From Gemmata obscuriglobus (GTDB taxonomy: Bacteria > Planctomycetota > Planctomycetia > Gemmatales > Gemmataceae): a DNA stretch of 32,000 bases. The stretch is taken from the NCBI RefSeq assembly GCF_008065095.1, contig NZ_CP042911.1, positions 6,000,001 to 6,032,000 of the forward strand. Reading direction: 5' to 3'. Below are positions 8,616 to 17,101 of this stretch, in pieces. Position 1 is the stretch's first letter, and the number at the start of each line of letters is the position of its first letter. The position numbers and the translations under genes were made by a program. The notes beneath the pieces are model-generated. The model made no database searches, was not told the origin of the DNA, and saw only the letters and a list, made by a program, of their open reading frames with translations.

Positions 8616-11600
8616 GTGGCGGGGATGCTCATGAGCCCAAAAACGAACTGGGTCACCGTCACGGATTCGCGCTACCAGTGGGAGCGCGACGCCCTCGATT
8701 TCGTCCGCGACCGCTGGCCCGACCACGAGCCGTACCGTGCGTGGTCGAACTTCGAGTTCATTGCGCTCGACGGCAGCATCAACGAGGTTGACCTGCTGCT
8801 GCTCACCCCGATGGGCTTCTTCCTCGTCGAGATCAAAAGCCGGCCGGGGCGGGTGTCCGGCGATGCGGGCACCTGGACGTGGGACACCGAGGGCCGACTC
8901 GTCACCGTCGGGAACCCGCTCCTCGCTGCCAACCTGAAGGCCAAGAAGCTCCGCGCGCTGCTCGAGCGCCAAAAGGCGGTTAAGGTCAAGGGCGGTCTGC
9001 CGTTTGTGGAGCCGCTCGTTTTCCTTTCCGCGCCGGGGCTTCAGTGCGATCTGCGCGACACGGCGGTTTACGGCGTCTGCCTGCGTGACGCGGACGCCGA
9101 GGGCGGCCGGCCGGAGCGGGCCGGAATACTCGCTGCGGTCAAGAGGCGCGAGTGCCCCGGCCTGAAGCCGAAGCACGGCCCGTTCATCGACCGCCCACTC
9201 GCGAAGATCGTCAGTCAGGCCATCCAGCAGGCGGGAATCCCGAACCAGCACCGCCAGCGGCGGGTGAGCGACTACGTGCTCGGTCGACTCCTCGACGAGG
9301 GGCCCGGCTACCAGGACTGGGAGGCGTCCCACGTCCAGAACGTCGGCGGCAAGCGGCGCGTCCGCCTCTACCTCGTGTGGAACGAGGCCACGGCCGACGA
9401 CCGGCAGATGGTCGAGCGGGCCGCCCGGCGGGACTACCAACTGACCGAGGCCCTCCAGCACCCCGGCGTTCTCCGGACCCTCGGCTACACCGAGCACGAG
9501 ATCGGCCCGGCGGTCGTCTTCGAGCACGACCCGAACGCACTCCGGCTCGACCACTATCTCGCTCAGCGGGGCGACCGGCTGGGGGCCGACGTGCGGCTCG
9601 ATCTGCTCCGACAGATCGCGGAGGTCGTCCGGTTCGCCCACGAGAAGAAGGTCGTCCACCGGGGCCTCTGCCCGCGGAGCATCCTCGTCCACGACCCGGA
9701 CGGGCCGCGGCCGCGGGTGAAGGTGCACAACTGGCAGGTCGGCTACCGGGTCGGCGGGTCGTCGTCGGGCGGGACGCGGGACATCACCGCCACCTCACAC
9801 GTTGATCTGCTGGTGGAGGACGCGGGAACGGCGTACATGGCTCCGGAGGCGGTCCTGCCCGCCGACACCGCCGGCGAGCACCTCGACATCTTCTCACTGG
9901 GGGCCGTCGCCTACCACGTCTTCACCGGCACGCCGCCGGCCGGCAACCGGCTGGAGCTGGCCGAGAAGTTACGGCAGACCCGCGGGCTGCTCGTGAGCGA
10001 CGCCCTGAACGGGGCGGCACCCAGCCTCCAGGAGTTGGTGCAGTACAGCACCCACCCGGACGTGACGAGCCGCGTCGACTCGGCCGCCGACTTCCTGGCC
10101 GGGCTCGACCTCGTCGAGGAGGAGTTGACCGCCCCGACGACGGATGCGCTGGTCGACCCGGTGCGGGCTCAGAAGGGGGACGCGCTTCCCGGCGGGTTCA
10201 CCGTCGTCCGCCGGCTCGGCCAGGGGGGCACGTCGGTTGCGCTGCTGGTCGAGCGGGAAGGTGAAGAGTACGTCCTCAAGGTTCCAAACACCGCGGACGA
10301 CGAGCCGCGGTTGCGGGCCGAGGGCGAGGTGCTCGCCAAATTGCGGCACCCCCACGTCATCGAGTACGTTCAGCCACAGAAGCTGTCTGGCCTCCCGTAC
10401 CTGTTGCTGCGGTCGGCCGGGCCGGAGACGCTCGGCCAGCGGCTGCGGAAGGAGGGGCGGCTGCACCTGGACCTGCTCCAGCGGTTCGGGGAGGATCTGC
10501 TGGAGGTGGTGAAGTACCTGGAGGAACAGGGCATACCGCACCGGGACATCAAGCCCGACAACATTGGCGTCGGCCCGGTCGGACGCGGGGACATGCTCCA
10601 CGTTGTCCTGTTCGACTTCTCCCTGTCCCGCACGCCGCCGGAGAACGTTGAGGCCGGCACCAAGGCGTACCTCGACCCGGCCCTCCCGCGGCGCAAGCGG
10701 TGGGACCTGGCCGCCGAGCGGTACGCGGCCGCCGTCACCCTGTTCGAGATGGCCACCGGCACGCTCCCGCGGTGGGGCGACGGCCGGAGCGAGCCGTCGC
10801 AGCTCGACTGCGAGGCGACGGTCGACGAGGAGCTGTTCGACCCGACCCTGCGGGACGCCTTCGTCCTGTTCTTCCGCAAGGCCCTCCGCCGGGAGGCCCG
10901 CGAGCGGCACGACAACGCCGACGAGATGCTCCGGGCGTGGCGAGACTGTTTCGCGGCCATCGGGCCGCCGGACGCCGGGGAACTGAACGAAGAAGAACTC
11001 CGGGCGAGGCTGGAGGGGGCGACGTTCGACTCGTCGGTCCACGAACTGGGGCTGGGGACGCGGGCGACCAACGCTCTGGACCGGGCCAACATGCTGACCG
11101 TCGAGGACATGCTCAGCGTGTCCATGCGGCGGCTGCTGCGGTTGCGCGGCGTCGGCAACAAGACGCGGCGGGAGATCGCGTCCGCCGTCAAGATCCTGCG
11201 GGCCCGACTGGGCACCCCGCAGGCCGACGCGACGGTGGCCGTAGAAGAGCCCGAAGAGCCGCCGACGGGTGCCCCCGGTCGATTGAGCGTCGATCTGCTG
11301 GTTCAGCGGCTCACCCGCTCCAGCCCGCGCGAGGGGGGCACGGCCAAGCAGTCGGTCATCGCCCTGCTCGGACTTGAGGAGTCGCTCCCGAACCCCTGGC
11401 CCAGCCAGGCGGACGTATCACGGTTCATCGGCGTGACGCGGGCCAGGGTCGGGGCGGTCATCAGCAAGGTGATCGACCGCTGGGGCCGTGACAAGGCCCT
11501 GACCGCCCTCCGCGGCGACCTTGCCGGGCTGCTGGTGACGGCCGGTGGGGTGATGACCGCCGGGGAACTCGGCGACGCAATCCTGGCCGCCCGCGGGTCG

Positions 11601-12803
11601 GTGGCGGAGGAGCCCCAGCGGTCGCTGCTCGGCCGGGCCATCGCACGCGCCGCGGTCGAGGTCGAGAGGACGATGTCCGAGCCGCGGTTCCTCGTCCGCC
11701 GCGACGACACGCGGACGCTCGTCGCCCTGCACCCGGCCCTGGCTGACCACGCCGCCCGGCTCGGCGACCGGGCCGACGAACTGGCCCGCGAGGACCCGTT
11801 GGCTTCTCCGACGCGGGCGTTGCAGGTTCTCCGCGAGGTGCCGGCCCCGGCCGGGTTCGAGCCGCTGGCCGACTCCCGGCTCCTGCGGCTGGCCGCCGCG
11901 GCGTCGGTCGAGGCCGCGGTGTCGAGCCGTCAGGAGATCTACCCCCGCGGGATGGACGCCCTCCGGGCTCTGCGGCTGGCGCAGGGAGCCCTCGGCAACG
12001 TGAAGGTGCTCACCGTCGAGCAGGTCCGCGACCGGGTGGCCGGACGCTACCCGGACGCCCAGCCGCTGCCGGAGCGGCCACAGTTGGACGAGTTGCTGGA
12101 GGCGGCCGACGTCGGCTTGCGGTGGAACCCGGACGCCGCCGACGGCCGCGGCGGGTACGTCTCCCGCTTCCAGGAGACGGTGTCGGTTACCACGGCCAGC
12201 ACGCCGCCACAACGGCAACCGACCGCGTCCGGCCACGCGCCTCGCGAGACGTTCTCGCCGGAGGAGGCCGACGCCCGCCTGTTCGAGGAGAAGTTGCGGC
12301 GGTCCCTCAAGGAAGGGGCGTTCCTCACTTTGCTGGTCGCTCAGCGATCGTATCAGCAAGCCCTCGGTGAGCTGCAAAGCGAGCGCTTCTCGCTGAAGAC
12401 CATCGACGCCGACCGGCTGATCATCGACTCCCTCCGCGAGACGGCGGGCAAGGCCCGCGTCGATTGGCCCCTCGTCCTGCGGGCCGACTCCCACACCGGC
12501 AACGGCGACTGGGCGAAGTTGATGATGCTGGTCGGCCGGGCGATGCCGCGGGTCGAGGAACGACTCGCCGGGTCCGACTCCACGATCCTGCTCCTGAACC
12601 CCGGCCTGCTGGCCCGGTACGACAAACTAGACCTGCTCGAAAAGCTCCGGGACCGCGTCGGGCGGCCCGGCGGCCCCGCGGGTCTGTGGCTGCTCTTGCC
12701 GAACCAGCAGCCGATGATCGACGGGAAGGCCGTGCCGCTGCTCAGCCCCGCCCAGCGGGTCCACGTCCCGGAGAGCTGGGTCGAGAACCGTCACCGGGCC
12801 TAG
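8616..12803 (+). CDS. pglW: BREX type 2 serine/threonine kinase PglW (NERD domain + degenerate kinase + active kinase + RpoA alpha-CTD-like HhH + long C-terminal region)
   Basis: 1395-aa ORF; GTG at 8616, with alternative ATGs at 8625 and 8631. NERD-like WERDALDFV...EVDLLLLTPMGFFLVEIKS. First kinase-like domain has VHRGLCPRSILV and YMAPE. Second kinase has GQGGTS, VLKV, HRDIKPDN, DFS. HhH motif is LGLGTRATNALDRANMLTVEDML..LRGVGNKTRREI. Context: directly upstream of pglX/Y/Z. Confidence 0.9.
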   Translation: MAGMLMSPKTNWVTVTDSRYQWERDALDFVRDRWPDHEPYRAWSNFEFIALDGSINEVDLLLLTPMGFFLVEIKSRPGRVSGDAGTWTWDTEGRLVTVGNPLLAANLKAKKLRALLERQKAVKVKGGLPFVEPLVFLSAPGLQCDLRDTAVYGVCLRDADAEGGRPERAGILAAVKRRECPGLKPKHGPFIDRPLAKIVSQAIQQAGIPNQHRQRRVSDYVLGRLLDEGPGYQDWEASHVQNVGGKRRVRLYLVWNEATADDRQMVERAARRDYQLTEALQHPGVLRTLGYTEHEIGPAVVFEHDPNALRLDHYLAQRGDRLGADVRLDLLRQIAEVVRFAHEKKVVHRGLCPRSILVHDPDGPRPRVKVHNWQVGYRVGGSSSGGTRDITATSHVDLLVEDAGTAYMAPEAVLPADTAGEHLDIFSLGAVAYHVFTGTPPAGNRLELAEKLRQTRGLLVSDALNGAAPSLQELVQYSTHPDVTSRVDSAADFLAGLDLVEEELTAPTTDALVDPVRAQKGDALPGGFTVVRRLGQGGTSVALLVEREGEEYVLKVPNTADDEPRLRAEGEVLAKLRHPHVIEYVQPQKLSGLPYLLLRSAGPETLGQRLRKEGRLHLDLLQRFGEDLLEVVKYLEEQGIPHRDIKPDNIGVGPVGRGDMLHVVLFDFSLSRTPPENVEAGTKAYLDPALPRRKRWDLAAERYAAAVTLFEMATGTLPRWGDGRSEPSQLDCEATVDEELFDPTLRDAFVLFFRKALRREARERHDNADEMLRAWRDCFAAIGPPDAGELNEEELRARLEGATFDSSVHELGLGTRATNALDRANMLTVEDMLSVSMRRLLRLRGVGNKTRREIASAVKILRARLGTPQADATVAVEEPEEPPTGAPGRLSVDLLVQRLTRSSPREGGTAKQSVIALLGLEESLPNPWPSQADVSRFIGVTRARVGAVISKVIDRWGRDKALTALRGDLAGLLVTAGGVMTAGELGDAILAARGSVAEEPQRSLLGRAIARAAVEVERTMSEPRFLVRRDDTRTLVALHPALADHAARLGDRADELAREDPLASPTRALQVLREVPAPAGFEPLADSRLLRLAAAASVEAAVSSRQEIYPRGMDALRALRLAQGALGNVKVLTVEQVRDRVAGRYPDAQPLPERPQLDELLEAADVGLRWNPDAADGRGGYVSRFQETVSVTTASTPPQRQPTASGHAPRETFSPEEADARLFEEKLRRSLKEGAFLTLLVAQRSYQQALGELQSERFSLKTIDADRLIIDSLRETAGKARVDWPLVLRADSHTGNGDWAKLMMLVGRAMPRVEERLAGSDSTILLLNPGLLARYDKLDLLEKLRDRVGRPGGPAGLWLLLPNQQPMIDGKAVPLLSPAQRVHVPESWVENRHRA

Positions 12804-12807
12804 GAGG
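12803..12807 (+). promoter_or_regulatory. GGAGG Shine-Dalgarno-like element overlapping the pglW stop; probable original pglX RBS, now displaced by the cassette insertion
   Basis: TAGGAGGAAG at 12801-12810 lies immediately left of the inverted repeat. Joining the sequence outside both repeats gives TAGGAGGAAG+ACCCTTCTCTTATG, which places GGAGG 14 nt (a long spacer) upstream of the pglX ATG. Confidence 0.4.
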
Positions 12808-12810
12808 AAG

Positions 12811-13260
12811 CTCCCGCAAAGTCGCAAAGACGCAGAGAGAAACAGAAATGACCGAGAACGAAATTGCAACAGCTGTCGTCGATGCTGCGTTCCAGATCCA
12901 CACCAAACTCGGCCCGGCCTGCTCGAAAGCGTTTACCAGGCGGTCATGGTTCACGAACTCGCGCGACGCGGCCTGTCGGTCGCACACGAGGTTCCGGTCC
13001 CGGTGATCTGGGAGGGTTTGCGCCTGGAGGCCGGGTTCCGGGCCGACATCATCGTGGACGGTCGGGGCGTCATCGAGTTGAAGTCGGTGGAGGCGGTGGC
13101 CCCGGTCCATCCGAAGCAACTCCGTACCTACCTCCGGCTCACCGGCTGCAAACTTGGGCTTCTGGTCAACTTCAACGTAAACCTGATCAAGGACGGCATC
13201 ACCCGCGTGGTGAACGGTCTCTGATCTTGATTCCTTTGCGTCTTTGCGACTTTGCGGGAG
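12811..13260 (+). mobile_element. 450-bp cassette bounded by perfect 24-bp inverted repeats, carrying a GxxExxY-family gene
   Basis: CTCCCGCAAAGTCGCAAAGACGCA at 12811-12834 is exactly the reverse complement of 13237-13260 (checked base by base). The repeat is built from tandem (N)CGCAAAG octamers. A third, related copy pair lies at 16171-16243. Confidence 0.7.
12848..13224 (+). pseudogene. GxxExxY protein (PD-(D/E)XK nuclease superfamily), disrupted by a 1-nt deletion
   Basis: ATG at 12848 gives MTENEIATAVVDAAFQIHTKLGP, then the frame is lost. Track ORF 12946..13224 continues as MVHELARRGLSV...GFRADIIVDGRGVIELKSVEAVAPVHPKQLRTYLRLTGCKLGLLVNFNVNLIKDGITRVVNGL. Adding one G in GGCCCGG/CCTG (about 12917) restores GPGLLESVYQAVMVHEL, the family signature. 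Confidence 0.8.
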
Positions 13261-13271
13261 ACCCTTCTCTT

Positions 13272-16200
13272 ATGATCGACCGCACCGCGTTCCTGGCCGA
13301 CGCGCAGAAGATCGTCGCCCGGCTGGAGAAGGACCTGCGCGCCCGGTGCGACGACATGCCCGAAGTCGGGCGGGCCGTCGGGTCCGAGTACCGCACCGCG
13401 AAAGACGCCGGCCGCACCGGGCAGACGCTCGAAGAGTGGCGGGCCGACGCCATCACCCAGCAGGCCGTCGCCTGGGTGCTGTCGTGCGTGTTCGTGCGGT
13501 TCCTGGAGGACAACCGGCTCATCGACCCGCCGAAGATCAGCGGGCCGGTCCCGCCGGAGGGCGAGAAGGGTGAGAACCGGCTGGCCCGTGCCCGCGACGA
13601 GCACGAACTGTTCTTCACCGGCGCACGCCGGGGGAGCGAGTTCACCGACCGCGAGTACCTGCTGTCCGTGTTCGACGAGCTGGCGAAGCGGCCGGGCACG
13701 AAGGACCTGTACGGCCCGCACAACCCGATCCGGGCGATCCCGAACTGGCTGTCGCCGGACGCCGCGAAGGACATCCTGCTGCCGTTCTTCCAGAAGATCG
13801 ACGCCGGGTCCGGCCTACTCGTCCACGACTTCACCGACCCGTCATTCGACACCCGCTTCCTCGGCGACCTGTACCAGGACCTCTCGGAGGCGGCCCGCAA
13901 GAAGTACGCCCTGCTCCAGACGCCGGTGTTCGTGGAGGAGTTCATCCTCGACCGCACCCTGCTACCGGCGATCGAGACGTTCGGCCTCGCCACGGTGAAG
14001 ATGATCGACCCGGCCTGCGGCAGTGGCCACTTCCTGCTCGGTGGGTTCAACAAGCTGCTGGAACTGTGGGTGAAAAAGGAGCCGGGCACGCCGCCGCGGG
14101 AGTTGGTGCAGCGAGCACTCGACGCGATCCACGGCGTGGACCTGAACCCCTACGCGGTGGCCATCGCTCGGTTCCGGTTGCTGCTGGCGGCGTGGCAGGC
14201 GGCCGGGGTGACGAGCCTGAAGAACGCCCCGGACTTCAAGCTGAACCTGGCCTGCGGCGACTCGCTGTTGCACGGCGGCCGGTCGGTGCAGAAGACACTC
14301 GACGAGGAGGTATTCGGGCACACTTACCAGCCCGAAGACCCGGTCGAACTGGAGCGATTGCTGCGCCCCGGCACCTACCACGCGGTGGTCGCCAACCCGC
14401 CATACATCACCCCGAAAGATCGCGGGCTTTGCGACCAGTACCGTGATCGGTATTCCGCCTGCCACCGTCAGTATTCGTTATCCGTACCGTTCATGCAGCG
14501 TCTTTTTGAACTAGCATGCGCAAATGGTTTTATTGGCCAGATCACGGCCAATTCATTCATGAAGCGGGAATTTGGCAAGAAGATTGTCGAGGCATTTTTC
14601 CCCCTGATAGACCTGACCCACATCATCGATAGCAGTGGGGCCCACATTCCAGGTCACGGTATTCCGACGGTGATACTTTTCGGTCGTAACCGCCCCCCGG
14701 TTGCCACAACCCTTCGTGCCGTCATGGGGATTCGAGGCGAACCGTGCGTGCCAGCTAACCCAGCGACAGGTCCAGTATGGTCTTCGATTGAGCAGCAGGT
14801 CGATCAGCCAGGGTCTCAGGGGAAGTTCGTTAGCGTTTCTGATGCAGAACGGGCCGTTTTTCTGAAACATCCTTGGAGCATCGGAGGTGGTGGGGTCGCC
14901 GACGCAAAAGAAACCATCGATCAGGTTTCTAACACTTGCCTCGCATCAATAGTTGAATCGCTTGGGAGGACGGTATCGACCCAGGGAGATGACGTCTTCG
15001 TTGTGCCCACGGCGCAAGCACGTCGGAGTGGCATCGTTACGGGCCACTACCGTCCACTTGTGCGTGGCGAAGATGTCAGGGATTGGCAGGCTAAAGCCGA
15101 TCTTGCAGTGTTGTTCCCGTACGACACAAACCTACTTCCGATACCCGATGACTTGTCAGCAACTGTGCTCCGCTACCTGTGGCCTGCTAAAGCAGTGCTG
15201 GCTTCAACTTTGATGTTTGGTGACAAGACGAAGGTGCAAACTGGATTAAGGTGGTTTGAGTATGGCCAGTTCATCGCCGATCGCTTGCGGAATCGTATCG
15301 CCCTTGTTTACAGCGAAGTAGCCACGCACAACCACTTCGCTTTCGACCGCGGGAGCAGAGTCTTCAATCGTACTGCTCCTATCATCCTGCTTTCCAGTTC
15401 TGTCACGGAAGACGGGCATTTCGCCCTTCTTGGTTTGCTGAACAGCTCGGTCGCAGGCTTTTGGCTCCGACAAGTCTGCCACGATAAAGGCAGCAGCGGG
15501 ATCACTGGCGGCATAAAAGTGGAAGCCTGGGATCGTTTCTTTGCATTCAATGGGACAAATACTAATCGATTTCCGCTCCCTGACGCACGCCCACGAGGGC
15601 TTGCATTTCGGCTCGACGCTTTCGCGCGCAACATCGCGGACAATCAGCCTGCCAGTGTCATTGCTAGATGGGTCGATGGTTTATCGCTCTCGTCTTTACT
15701 CGACAGTTCTGAAGCCACGTGCCGCCGTTGCCGAGGGACAATGATACGGCTGCAAGAAGACCTCGACTGGGAGTGCTACCGCCTCTATGGGCTGTCCGCT
15801 GACGGCCTCACCGACTCACAATGGGAGACCCGCGACTTGCCGGTCAAGCTCGGTGAGCGGGCGTTCGAGATCGTCCTCGCCCGCAAGATGCGCGATGAGG
15901 GCTTGGAAACGACGTGGTTCGCCCGGCACGGCTCGACCCCGATCACCGAGCTACCCGCGCACTGGCCGCCGGACTACCGGAAGCTGGTCGAACGCCGCAT
16001 TGAGGCCATCGCGGCCAACCCGCAGATCGCCCTGATCGAGCAGCCGGAGTACAAGCGGCGGTGGAACGACACCCCGTGGGCCGAGAAGGTCACCGCCGCC
16101 CTGCACGACTGGCTCCTCGCCCGGCTGGAGTCGTACTTCGACATTGATGGGAGGATGCGAGAAGATGAGAATCTCCCGCAAAGTCGCAAAGGCGCAAAGA

Positions 16201-17075
16201 CGGAAGGTTCTTCTCTTGGCGACTCTGCGGCTTTGCGGGAGATTCGTCTTTATCCGCTCACTCGAATCGCCGACGTGGCGTCGAAGGACGCCGAGTTCCG
16301 CGAAGTGGGCCGACTCTACCGCGAGGGGCGGATCGACTTCGACGTAACGAAGCTGGTCACCGAACTGGTCGAGGCCGAGAGCGTCCCGCTCCTGCCAGTG
16401 CTGCGGTACAAACCGACGGGGTTGGATAAGCGGCTAGCCTGGGAGCGAACCTGGGATCTGCAACGCCGCGAGGACGCCATCGACGCCCGCGTCGCCGGCA
16501 AGTCGGTCGATGTCGGTGCCGGCGGCTGGACGCACCAGAAAGACGACGGCAAGTCGCCGCTGAACCCGGCGCAGGCGAGCCTGCTCAAGCAGTACGTCGT
16601 CGACCCGAACACCCCGCAGTCGATCCCGGTGCCGCCGAAGTACAAGTCGGCAGACTTCCAGAAGGGCGACTACTGGCGTCTCCGCGGCGGCCTCGACGTG
16701 CCGAAGGAGCGGTGGGTACTATTCCCGCACTGCGGCGGGGCCGACGGGCTGCCACTGGTCGCCTGGGCCGGGTACGATCACCTGCAACTGGCTAAGGCGA
16801 TCGCGACCCACTACGTCCACGTGCAGGAGCAGGAGGGCGGCCGCGACGACCCGCGGCTGGTGCCGCTGCTGGCGGCGATCTGCCAACTGCTCCCGTGGCT
16901 GAAGCAGTGGCACAACGAGATGGACGAGGAGTTCGGCTCCCGGATGGGCGACTACTACGAGGGGTTCGTCTCGGAGGAGGCCCGCGGGATGGGCAAGACG
17001 GTGGACGAGGTCTGCACTTGGCAGCCTCCTGCCGGCGGGAACGGCCGGAGCGGCCGCGGCCGGAGAGCAAAGTAG
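13272..17075 (+). CDS. pglX: BREX adenine-specific DNA methyltransferase PglX
   Basis: The ATG at 13272 (MIDRTAFLADAQK) lies within track ORF 12864..17075. AdoMet motif IDPACGSGHFLL is at about 14004. Catalytic motif VVANPPYITPK has NPPY at 14394-14405. The size (1267 aa) and the position between pglW and pglY fit PglX. Confidence 0.9.
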   Translation: MIDRTAFLADAQKIVARLEKDLRARCDDMPEVGRAVGSEYRTAKDAGRTGQTLEEWRADAITQQAVAWVLSCVFVRFLEDNRLIDPPKISGPVPPEGEKGENRLARARDEHELFFTGARRGSEFTDREYLLSVFDELAKRPGTKDLYGPHNPIRAIPNWLSPDAAKDILLPFFQKIDAGSGLLVHDFTDPSFDTRFLGDLYQDLSEAARKKYALLQTPVFVEEFILDRTLLPAIETFGLATVKMIDPACGSGHFLLGGFNKLLELWVKKEPGTPPRELVQRALDAIHGVDLNPYAVAIARFRLLLAAWQAAGVTSLKNAPDFKLNLACGDSLLHGGRSVQKTLDEEVFGHTYQPEDPVELERLLRPGTYHAVVANPPYITPKDRGLCDQYRDRYSACHRQYSLSVPFMQRLFELACANGFIGQITANSFMKREFGKKIVEAFFPLIDLTHIIDSSGAHIPGHGIPTVILFGRNRPPVATTLRAVMGIRGEPCVPANPATGPVWSSIEQQVDQPGSQGKFVSVSDAERAVFLKHPWSIGGGGVADAKETIDQVSNTCLASIVESLGRTVSTQGDDVFVVPTAQARRSGIVTGHYRPLVRGEDVRDWQAKADLAVLFPYDTNLLPIPDDLSATVLRYLWPAKAVLASTLMFGDKTKVQTGLRWFEYGQFIADRLRNRIALVYSEVATHNHFAFDRGSRVFNRTAPIILLSSSVTEDGHFALLGLLNSSVAGFWLRQVCHDKGSSGITGGIKVEAWDRFFAFNGTNTNRFPLPDARPRGLAFRLDAFARNIADNQPASVIARWVDGLSLSSLLDSSEATCRRCRGTMIRLQEDLDWECYRLYGLSADGLTDSQWETRDLPVKLGERAFEIVLARKMRDEGLETTWFARHGSTPITELPAHWPPDYRKLVERRIEAIAANPQIALIEQPEYKRRWNDTPWAEKVTAALHDWLLARLESYFDIDGRMREDENLPQSRKGAKTEGSSLGDSAALREIRLYPLTRIADVASKDAEFREVGRLYREGRIDFDVTKLVTELVEAESVPLLPVLRYKPTGLDKRLAWERTWDLQRREDAIDARVAGKSVDVGAGGWTHQKDDGKSPLNPAQASLLKQYVVDPNTPQSIPVPPKYKSADFQKGDYWRLRGGLDVPKERWVLFPHCGGADGLPLVAWAGYDHLQLAKAIATHYVHVQEQEGGRDDPRLVPLLAAICQLLPWLKQWHNEMDEEFGSRMGDYYEGFVSEEARGMGKTVDEVCTWQPPAGGNGRSGRGRRAK
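16171..16243 (+). repeat. 73-nt solo inverted-repeat (MITE-like) copy of the cassette terminal repeat, embedded in the pglX reading frame
   Basis: ATCTCCCGCAAAG (16171-16183) pairs perfectly with CTTTGCGGGAGAT (16231-16243), and the stem extends imperfectly beyond that. The left arm CTCCCGCAAAGTCGCAAAGGCGCAAAGA matches the 12811 repeat. It is translated as ..NLPQSRKGAKTEGSSLGDSAALREI.. with no stop. Confidence 0.75.
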
Positions 17076-17101
17076 GCGACCTCCAATCAGACAGGGCGAT
17101 C

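Noticed and set aside
8331-12494. Long minus-strand ORFs (8331-9728, 9969-11042, 10370-11215, 11418-12494) antisense to pglW
   Set aside because: These are shadow ORFs of a motif-rich plus-strand gene, with Arg/Pro/Gly-rich composition and no recognisable domains.
12864-13271. N-terminal 136-codon extension of the pglX track ORF (MQQLSSMLRS...)
   Set aside because: It reads through the GxxExxY cassette in an alternative frame and gives low-complexity Arg/Gly-rich sequence. The ATG at 13272 follows the cassette repeat and begins a sensible PglX N-terminus.
14693-14698. C6 homopolymer in pglX as a possible phase-variation tract (a G-tract in pglX is known to switch Pgl in Streptomyces)
   Set aside because: Six bases is short for efficient slipped-strand switching, and similar G6 runs occur in pglW (about 10223) and pglZ (23403-23408). 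It would only be worth checking with population sequencing.
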